Shown here piece by piece: positions 1 to 6,522 of a stretch of DNA of 17,335 nt. Source of the stretch: Bdellovibrionota bacterium (GTDB taxonomy: Bacteria > Bdellovibrionota_C > UBA2361 > JBGSMV01). The position numbers were made by a program, and so were the translations under genes. Where the stretch lies: the NCBI GenBank assembly GCA_044356455.1, contig JBIKWF010000099.1, positions 1 to 17,335 on the forward strand. Reading direction: 5' to 3'. Every line of letters starts with the position of its first letter. Position 1 is the first letter of the stretch. The notes under the pieces are model-generated. The model saw only the letters and a program-made list of their open reading frames with translations, searched no databases and was not told where the DNA came from.

Positions 1-1381
1 ATCCGAACTTCGATTGTTTTGTTCCGCCGAAAGAGAAGGGTTCACGCGGAACGGGCACTCCAATGTTAACTCCAATCATACCTGAGGTTGCGCGTTCGGC
101 GACAAAACGGGCGACCGCTCCGCTTGTGGTGAATACTGAAGTCGCATTTCCATAAACGCTCCTTGCTTCGATAGCGAGCGCCTCTGAGAGGGAGTCCACA
201 CGCACGATGGTAAGGACGGGCCCAAAAATCTCCACCTGCGCACACTCCATATCGGGTGTGGCGTGATCAATAATGGTTGGTCCAAGCCAGTTACCGCCTT
301 CGTATCCAGCAGGAGCCTTGGCCTTTCGCCCATCGACAATAACTTTGGCGCCATTTTGCTCGGCGATATCGATAGCATTACAGATTCTCTCATACGCGCT
401 GCGATCGATTATGGCGCCTAAACAATCTCCTGGGGTAATTGCCTGGGCAGCTTCGGCAATTTTAGAGATGTGGTGGTCGACGGGACCAACGGCAAGCATC
501 AAACTCGCCGCCATGCAGCGCTGACCGGCGCAGCCAGTGAAGGAGGCGACCACACCTGAAGCCGCAATTTTCTCATCCGCATCTGGCACAAGAATTACTG
601 AGTTTTTTGCTCCTCCGAGGCACAGTGCTCGTTTTCCTTGTGAGGTGGCGGTGGTGTAGACGGAATGGGCTGCCGCAGTTGAGCCCACAAATGCAACGGC
701 ACGAACTTCTGGGTGTGTGATGAGGGCTTCTACGGTTGCCCTGTCTCCATTCACAATTGAGAATACTCCCACGGGGATTCCTGCGGTACGCAGAAGGTCG
801 CCCATAAGTTGAGAAGTAAGGGGCACCTTCTCGCTTGGCTTAAGAATGAAGCAATTCCCGAGCGCAAGGGCGATGGGGTACATCCAAAGCGGAACCATGG
901 CAGGAAAGTTAAAGGGCGTAATTCCAACTACGACGCCCAGTGGCTCGCGTGTGCTATGACAGGTGACGCCGCGGCTCACTTCAAGCAGTTCTCCTGCAGC
1001 CATGTTCTGCAGGCTCAGGGCAAACTCTACGACTTCGAGTCCCTTAAGAATTCCTGCACGGGCCTCAGCCACTGTTTTTCCTGACTCAATGGCCGCCGTG
1101 TTCGAAAGTTTATCCAGATTGAGGAGCGCCAATTCACGAAATTTAAAAAGTGGTTGGCAGCGCTCCTTAATTGGAGTGCTTCTCCAGCCAGGGAAGGCAG
1201 AGGCAGCTCGCCGAATAGCGTCGCTGACCGCTTCGGGTCCAGAGAGAGGGACTGTTCCTATCTGCTTCCCGGAGTAGGGGCTGATGACGGGAAGATCGCT
1301 TGAGTCAGGCGGCATGTTCCATTCACGGCCCACCAAGTTCATGCATTGGATGGGGCGTTCGGGGAGGTCGACAAGCTTCAT
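1..1381 (-). CDS. mmsA: CoA-acylating methylmalonate-semialdehyde dehydrogenase (aldehyde dehydrogenase family), 3' end truncated by the window edge
   Basis: Absent from the ORF track because it runs off the edge. Manual minus-strand translation from ATG at 1381: MKLVDLPERPIQCMNLVGREW...REPLGVVVGITPFNFPAMVPLWMYPIALALGNCFILKPSEKVP...AVAFVGST...LGGAKN...FTGCAGQRCMA. ITPFNFPAMVPLWM, LKPSE and GCAGQRCMA are MMSDH-type ALDH signatures. Confidence 0.92.
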   Translation of the reverse strand, partial: MKLVDLPERPIQCMNLVGREWNMPPDSSDLPVISPYSGKQIGTVPLSGPEAVSDAIRRAASAFPGWRSTPIKERCQPLFKFRELALLNLDKLSNTAAIESGKTVAEARAGILKGLEVVEFALSLQNMAAGELLEVSRGVTCHSTREPLGVVVGITPFNFPAMVPLWMYPIALALGNCFILKPSEKVPLTSQLMGDLLRTAGIPVGVFSIVNGDRATVEALITHPEVRAVAFVGSTAAAHSVYTTATSQGKRALCLGGAKNSVILVPDADEKIAASGVVASFTGCAGQRCMAASLMLAVGPVDHHISKIAEAAQAITPGDCLGAIIDRSAYERICNAIDIAEQNGAKVIVDGRKAKAPAGYEGGNWLGPTIIDHATPDMECAQVEIFGPVLTIVRVDSLSEALAIEARSVYGNATSVFTTSGAVARFVAERATSGMIGVNIGVPVPREPFSFGGTKQSKFG

Positions 1382-1529
1382 GATATACCCTGTAAGGCTT
1401 TAAAACTAAGGTCATTATTGTAGTCCTACGCCGAGGATTCCGCCAGAAAAATTGGGGCCTGGCTTTGCCGCAGCCAAGTATCTTTCAATTTGACGGGTCG
1501 GTTGCTTATCACGGTTCATTGTAGGCACT

Positions 1530-1825
1530 TGAAAGATCATTCGGCACGCCGGGGACGGCGCGCCCTACCAAAATGACCTGTCAATTGGTAGGGCGCGCCG
1601 CTGCGCCTTTGCCAGTAGGCGACGGCGAGACGCACGCCCCGGCGTGCCGAATGATCTCCCGGCCCAGCCCAATTGGTTTCGATTTGTCGCCACGAGGCAG
1701 GCTGAAAGATCACGCGGCGCCCTGGGGACAGGGCGCCCAACCAAGATGTTTCGCGAATGGGTAGGGCGCGCCGCTGCGCCTTTGCCAGAGGGCGACGGCG
1801 AGACTCACGCCCTGGCGTGCCGAAT
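1530..1825. repeat. Two ~123-bp direct repeats (1530-1652 and 1703-1825), each a REPIN-like pair of inverted GTAG-type REP palindromes
   Basis: Units align without indels at a 173-bp offset. In unit 1, AGATCATTCGGCACGCCGGGG (1534-1554) is the exact reverse complement of 1637-1657, and CGGCGCGCCCTACCA (1556-1570) of TGGTAGGGCGCGCCG (1586-1600). Confidence 0.85.
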
Positions 1826-2011
1826 CATATGCCAGACCCGCCCTTGGCTGCGGTAGTTTCCTACTAGCACTGCAGAAGGAGCACGCCGCGTGTCAATGCC
1901 CATGCGGTGCCTCACCACCGCACCTAATGCTCTCAATCAACAGAGAATTCCTATAGAGAATGCTAATCCATACACAAAATTACAAATTACTATAAAAACA
2001 CGCATGACTAG

Positions 2012-2048
2012 GATCGTGGCGAGGGTTCTCTCTTGCTACGATCTTTTT
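2012..2048 (+). terminator. Intrinsic-terminator-like hairpin in the leader of the phosphatase gene
   Basis: GATCGTGGCGAGGG-TTCT-CTCTTGCTACGATC forms a 14-bp stem with 3 G.U pairs on the + strand, followed by TTTTT. Confidence 0.6.
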
Positions 2049-2143
2049 CATCGCGAGTAGGGTAGACAGTTCCAGAGGGTTTCAATGGACTTCTGCGCTA
2101 GGGGCGTACCTTGGCGCGTGAAGTCTCCTACGGAGGTTGTTCC

Positions 2144-3019
2144 ATGCTTACTGAAAATTTTGAAATTGCAGCGGGCTCCATTGTGGGCCGCTTCCATCTT
2201 GGACAGAACGGCCTTCTCAAGGGTCAGAACAATCAAGATGCGTTTGCCATCCATGAAGGTCCACAGGGGCTTATCATGGTCGTGTGTGATGGTTGTGGGT
2301 CCGAGCCGTATTCCGAATTCGGGGCGCGGCTTGGAGCGGACCTCCTGGTAGCTGCTCTTCGAACGCAGCTCGCACGCGGCGTGTTCTGGGGGGCAAGCCC
2401 CTCCGAACATTCCCGGGTGGCTGCTCTCGTGTGGGAGCGTGCGCGTCAGGATGTGATTGCCCAGTTGCGTGTGCTTGCGCTCACGCTTGCGGGGCAAGGG
2501 AGTATCACTGAGTACGTGAGTTCGCGGCTTCTCTTTACGACAGTGGCTGCGATTGTCACCCCTGAAGTGACTTCGGTTGCTTCAATCGGTGACGGGTACG
2601 TGGTGCTGAACGAAGAGGTGCAAAGGCTTGGGCCTTTCCCTGACAATACTCCGCCATACCTCGCGTATGCGATGGTTGATTCGTCGTTCAGTGCTCGTCC
2701 TGGGTCTCTTGAGTTCCAGCCCGTCCGAGTACTTCGAACGGAGCACGTGCAGAGCTTACTTCTCGCCAGTGATGGCTTGGAGGATGTTCTTGCGTGCCGT
2801 GAGTGCGAAATTCCCGGCCGCTCAGAAAAGCTGGGGGAGCTTTCTCAGTTTTGGAGGAACGACCTGTTCTTCAAAAACAAAGACGCTCTCAGGCGCAGGC
2901 TTGTGCTGGCCAACAGCGAAGTCACGAAACTGAGTCGCGGTCGCGGTGAACTCGAAAGAGCTCAGCCGCTCCTCAAAGATGATACGACTCTGGTCGTGCT
3001 CAGGCGCAAGGTTCCATGA
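2144..3019 (+). CDS. PP2C/PPM-family protein phosphatase (YegK/PphC-like)
   Basis: Motifs GSIVGRFH, NNQDAF, VVCDGCGS, SIGDG, LLASDGL, DDTTLV. ATG at 2144 is preceded by GGAGG (2132-2136), so it is preferred over the ORF-track TTG at 2111. Confidence 0.9.
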   Translation: MLTENFEIAAGSIVGRFHLGQNGLLKGQNNQDAFAIHEGPQGLIMVVCDGCGSEPYSEFGARLGADLLVAALRTQLARGVFWGASPSEHSRVAALVWERARQDVIAQLRVLALTLAGQGSITEYVSSRLLFTTVAAIVTPEVTSVASIGDGYVVLNEEVQRLGPFPDNTPPYLAYAMVDSSFSARPGSLEFQPVRVLRTEHVQSLLLASDGLEDVLACRECEIPGRSEKLGELSQFWRNDLFFKNKDALRRRLVLANSEVTKLSRGRGELERAQPLLKDDTTLVVLRRKVP

Positions 3020-3027
3020 ACATTGTT

Positions 3028-3055
3028 CGGCACCGCGGGGACGCGGCGCCCTACC
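3028..3055. repeat. Solitary REP-like palindrome of the same family as 1542-1569 and 1715-1742
   Basis: CGGCACCGCG-GGGA-CGCGGCGCCCTACC versus CGGCACGCCG-GGGA-CGGCGCGCCCTACC (1542-1569): same length, loop and CTAC end. Confidence 0.8.
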
Positions 3056-3108
3056 TGAACATTTGTTTCCGGACTTCATTCACCATCAACTATGAAAGGA
3101 GGTTCAAT

Positions 3109-5016
3109 ATGCCTCGCGAGGTATATCTGAATCGAGAACCAATTCGCCTCGACCCTACGCTCCTTCTGGGGCAAGGGGGCGAGGCTGAAGTGTTTGATCT
3201 GAGGGGCCGCGTGCAAAGCGCGGTCCCGTTGGCACTTAAGGTCTGGATGCCTCCGGACCACCCGCAGTTTGCTGGCAGCGATCCCGACAGTGAGCGGAAT
3301 CGCAAGGCAGCTGCGTCGCGCATCGCAGAGTATGGGCGAAAGCTTCGCGAGTTCCCGCGAAATCTGCCGCCTGAGGTGGTTGCTCCACGCGAGCTAGCCA
3401 CTGACAGGCTGTCAGAGGTCGTTGGCTACAGCATGGAGCTTGTGAGCGGCGCTGAGCCGCTTAGAGTTCTGGGACAAAAGGGATACCGCACCAAGCAAGG
3501 AATTGAGATTCCCTCGGTTCTCCGTCTCTTTCGGGCATTGCATCACGCCGTTGATGCCGTGCACCGAGCAGGGGCGGTGATCGGGGACTTCAACTACTTG
3601 AACGTCTTGGTGCGGGGCGAAGCCCCCTTCCTCATCGATGCCGATAGCTTCCAGTTCGGAAACTGGCAGTGCAGAAGCTTCACGACACGCTTTGTCGACC
3701 CGCTCATTTGTGACGGGAAGGCAAAGCTGCCCGTGCAAGTTAAGCCGCACAGCGCAGTGACGGATTGGTACGCATACGCGCTGATGCTGTTTGAGTGTCT
3801 GATGTTCGTGGGCCCCTACGGAGGGGTGTACCGTCCTCGCAAGAAGACGGACCTTGTTCCAGAGGACGCACGGTCCCTCAAACGCATCTCAGTGTTCTCG
3901 CCGGAGGTGATGTTTCCGCAAAAAGCGGTTCCACTGACTTGGCTTCCCACGCAGGTCAGTGACTTCTACGGCAAGCTCTTGCACGACGATGCGCGTGGGG
4001 TTTTCCCCCTCGCGCTTCTCGAGCAGCTTCTTGCGCACGCCGAAGGGCGTGTGCATGAGCCGCAGGTGTTTGCGCCAACTCCTGGTACTCAGGAAGTGGT
4101 GCGAGGCTCGGTGCGAGTCCGGAAGCTCTTTAGCGAGGGTGGGCCAATCGAACGTGCAGTGATGCATGACGGTCGGCTCTCAGTCGTTCTGCATAAGGAC
4201 GGCAAGCTCATCCGTGAAGACGGAGGAGCGGTGCTCGTGACGGTGCGCGATCCTCGCCTCGCGGTGGGTATCTCGAGCCGTGAAACGATTCTCGCGAAGG
4301 GGGACATGCTTGCGGTTTTGACTCCGGGCGAACCGGCAATCCGTGAACATGTCGACACGTTCCAAGGCAGGTTCCCCGTGTTCGGGTGCAATGCGAGACA
4401 CTACTACTGGGTCTCTCAGGGCATGCTGAAACGCAGCGACGTGCTTGGACCCGCAGTGGTGGGCCAAGTTCTCTCGCAGCAGACGCGCTTTTGGGTCGGC
4501 CCTAAGTTTGGCTTCGGGTTCTACCGCACGGGCGGACTGATGACGGGTTTTGTCTTTGATGCGGAGCGGCTTGGTCTCAACGACTCGGTCGCGCTGCCTC
4601 CTCTTAGGGAGGAAATCATCGACGCTACCTGCTTCTTCTCAAGTCAGCGCGCCTGGTTCTGCATGACGCTTAGGCGCGGCGCAGACCTGGTGAATCGCTG
4701 TGTGGTGATTCGGCCGGACGGGACGGTGTCTCCGATGGCCGAAGCTCCGGAAGGTTCGGACGGCTGGCTTGGGTCGATTCGCGGCAAGTGTGCCGCGACG
4801 ATTCCTGGGCCAAACGGCAGCGTGCTGCATAGGCTCTTGTCCTATTCCGATCAGGGGCTGGTGGCGGTCGATGAGACTTCCACTGGTCCGGCCGAAACGG
4901 TTCGCTACCCTGATACGCTCCCGTTCCTGGAGCACGATGGAGCTCTTATCGCTGATGGTAAGGACAGCGTGCTTCAGGTCAAGAAATCAGAGGTCTGGCG
5001 TCTCACGTTCGCGTGA
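3109..5016 (+). CDS. YegI-like Ser/Thr protein kinase with an uncharacterised ~300-aa C-terminal domain
   Basis: Gly-loop LGQGGEAEVF, LALK lysine, catalytic loop VIGDFNYLNVLV, LIDADSFQF (YegI-type replacement of DFG), DWYAYALMLFECL. ATG 3109 follows AAAGGAGG (3095-3102) and is in frame with the ORF-track start at 3016. Confidence 0.88.
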   Translation: MPREVYLNREPIRLDPTLLLGQGGEAEVFDLRGRVQSAVPLALKVWMPPDHPQFAGSDPDSERNRKAAASRIAEYGRKLREFPRNLPPEVVAPRELATDRLSEVVGYSMELVSGAEPLRVLGQKGYRTKQGIEIPSVLRLFRALHHAVDAVHRAGAVIGDFNYLNVLVRGEAPFLIDADSFQFGNWQCRSFTTRFVDPLICDGKAKLPVQVKPHSAVTDWYAYALMLFECLMFVGPYGGVYRPRKKTDLVPEDARSLKRISVFSPEVMFPQKAVPLTWLPTQVSDFYGKLLHDDARGVFPLALLEQLLAHAEGRVHEPQVFAPTPGTQEVVRGSVRVRKLFSEGGPIERAVMHDGRLSVVLHKDGKLIREDGGAVLVTVRDPRLAVGISSRETILAKGDMLAVLTPGEPAIREHVDTFQGRFPVFGCNARHYYWVSQGMLKRSDVLGPAVVGQVLSQQTRFWVGPKFGFGFYRTGGLMTGFVFDAERLGLNDSVALPPLREEIIDATCFFSSQRAWFCMTLRRGADLVNRCVVIRPDGTVSPMAEAPEGSDGWLGSIRGKCAATIPGPNGSVLHRLLSYSDQGLVAVDETSTGPAETVRYPDTLPFLEHDGALIADGKDSVLQVKKSEVWRLTFA

Positions 5017-5129
5017 GCGTCCTCAAACCTTAAGACAGAAAGTTCCAAGGAAGAGGTGCCGCGCTGCTTGTTGCAGCGCAGCCCTCTCTTCCAAGTTCCC
5101 CGCTGTGGGAACAGAAAGGTCAGTGCTTT

Positions 5130-6194
5130 ATGGCGAAGGCAACCACTGCCGCGTCGTTCATTCCTTCGTTCTTCAACCCCAAGACCGTGGGCGAGATTCG
5201 TTCGTCCGACTACGGAGCCGTGGCCTCGGAAGCTGAACGCCTGCGCGGCGTTCTTGGCATCCAGCCTTCGGCAACGGACCGGCTGCGTATCGCGCTCATG
5301 CCGATCGACTGCCAGATCGGGTTCTGTGTCCCCGGACAGCCGCTCTACGTGGGGGGCCGGTCCGGAACTGGTGCGGTTGATGATACCCGCCGCCTGTGCG
5401 AGTTCATCTTCCGCGAGGCGGGTAACATCACGGATATCTATCCGACGATGGACACCCACTTCGCCTTCCAGATCTTCCACCCGGCCTTCTTGGTGGATGC
5501 GGCGGGTAACCACCCGCAGCCCTTCACCCAGATCTCGCTCGCGGACATCGAGTCCGGGGTGTGGTCGGTGGATCCCAAGGCCGCGTATGCGGTTACGGGA
5601 AATCCCAATGGCTACGTGAAGCTCCAGGAACACCTGGTGCACTACGCACGGAGTCTCTCCAAGGGCAGCAAGTTTGCGCTCTCGGTGTGGCCCTACCACT
5701 GCCTGCTGGGCGGGGTGGACCATGCTCTGGTGCCGGCCTTGCATGAAGCCATCGTGTACCACTCCTTGCTGCGGAGCACTCAGGTGCACCCGCAGATCAA
5801 GGGCGGCAACCCGATGACGGAGAACTACTCCATCTTCAAGCCAGAAGTTCTGGCAGGGGCGGATGGTCGTCCCATCGCGCAGCGCAACACGCTCTTCATG
5901 GAGGCTCTGCTCAAGAACGACATCGTCGTGATTGGCGGCCAGGCGAAGAGCCACTGCGTGGCGTGGTCGATCGATGACTTCCTCTCGGAGATCTTGGCCA
6001 AGGATCCGAAGCTCGCTGAGAAGGTGTACCTACTCGACGATGCTTCGTCTCCAGTGGTCGTCCCCGGGATCTTGGACTTCACCGATCAGGCGGAAGAGGC
6101 GTACCGGCGTTTTGCCGCAGCGGGCATGCACATCGTCAGCACGACCACCCCGATTCGGGACTGGCCGGGCATCGATGTGAGTCGCATGCGCTAA
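5130..6194 (+). CDS. Nicotinamidase/pyrazinamidase-like cysteine hydrolase (isochorismatase superfamily), long form
   Basis: Catalytic Asp in IDCQIGFC, metal ligands in TMDTH and VWPYHC, Lys in IKGGNPMTENYS, nucleophile in GQAKSHCV. SD-like AGAAAGGT at 5113-5120. Confidence 0.88.
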   Translation: MAKATTAASFIPSFFNPKTVGEIRSSDYGAVASEAERLRGVLGIQPSATDRLRIALMPIDCQIGFCVPGQPLYVGGRSGTGAVDDTRRLCEFIFREAGNITDIYPTMDTHFAFQIFHPAFLVDAAGNHPQPFTQISLADIESGVWSVDPKAAYAVTGNPNGYVKLQEHLVHYARSLSKGSKFALSVWPYHCLLGGVDHALVPALHEAIVYHSLLRSTQVHPQIKGGNPMTENYSIFKPEVLAGADGRPIAQRNTLFMEALLKNDIVVIGGQAKSHCVAWSIDDFLSEILAKDPKLAEKVYLLDDASSPVVVPGILDFTDQAEEAYRRFAAAGMHIVSTTTPIRDWPGIDVSRMR

Positions 6195-6213
6195 GCGGCA
6201 AGCGAAGAGAGAA

Positions 6214-6497
6214 GGGGGAGGCGGTGTGTGCCGTCTCCCCCCTGTGAAGTAGTGGTGTTTTTGTTGCACTTCAAACCCCTTCTAGCCTGGTCTTCTCACG
6301 GCCCCTAAGGGCCGAGAGAGGACCAGGCTAGCTAACGCCCGGACGGCGTTAGCAAATCGCGACCATCGGGAGCGATTTGGAGCGCACCGGAGGGCGACGC
6401 TGCGTAGGCGGCGCTCGTAGGTGCGCGATGTTGGAAATCCGCCTGGATGGCGGATTTCCAACGCAGTCTCACGGACCCGTCAGGGATCCCGTGAGAC
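6214..6497 (+). ncRNA. Candidate structured RNA: array of eight nearly abutting, non-identical hairpins
   Basis: Stem-loops read by eye at 6214-6241, 6245-6273, 6282-6331, 6331-6353, 6353-6379, 6382-6426, 6430-6462 and 6466-6497. Many non-Watson-Crick pairs are G.U on the + strand. The hairpins are directly visible; RNA function is inferred. Confidence 0.5.
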
Positions 6498-6522
6498 ATG
6501 ATGGCTAGAAAGGAAGGTTTCC

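Noticed and set aside
76..1277. ORF-track entries at the left edge (and similarly 15963-16955 at the right edge)
   Set aside because: They overlap mmsA and dnaE, which the track missed because those genes run off the window.
1..1381. Functional link between NAD-dependent mmsA and the nicotinamidase cluster
   Set aside because: Divergent orientation, different composition and a repeat-filled spacer; nothing supports it beyond adjacency.
1537..1856. Three short ORFs of 63-70 aa with internal repeats
   Set aside because: They are translations of the REPIN-like repeat units.
1975..1996. Possible NrtR (NAD regulon) operator upstream of the nicotinamidase-containing operon
   Set aside because: Only the right half (TTACTATAA) fits; the GT of the GT-N7-AC palindrome core is absent.
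2111..3108. ORF-track starts at 2111 and 3016, including the apparent ATGA overlap between phosphatase and kinase
   Set aside because: Strong SD sequences precede ATG 2144 and ATG 3109, and the 3016-3108 extension crosses a REP-like repeat. Translational coupling at 3016 cannot be fully excluded.
5095..5112. GTTCCCCGC resembles the start of a type I-E CRISPR repeat
   Set aside because: Single copy, the remainder does not match, and there are no spacers or cas genes.
4974..5954. 326-aa minus-strand ORF, plus the 5056-5619 and 4769-5236 plus-strand ORFs
   Set aside because: Shadow frames of the GC-rich nicotinamidase and kinase genes, with no motifs.
6214..6497. CRISPR array, tRNA cluster or CsrB/RsmZ-like sRNA interpretation of the hairpin array
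   Set aside because: No repeated unit, no cas genes, no cloverleaf or T-loop motifs. Only two of eight loops clearly present GGA (CGGAC, TGGAT), and the stems are longer than in typical Csr/Rsm RNAs.
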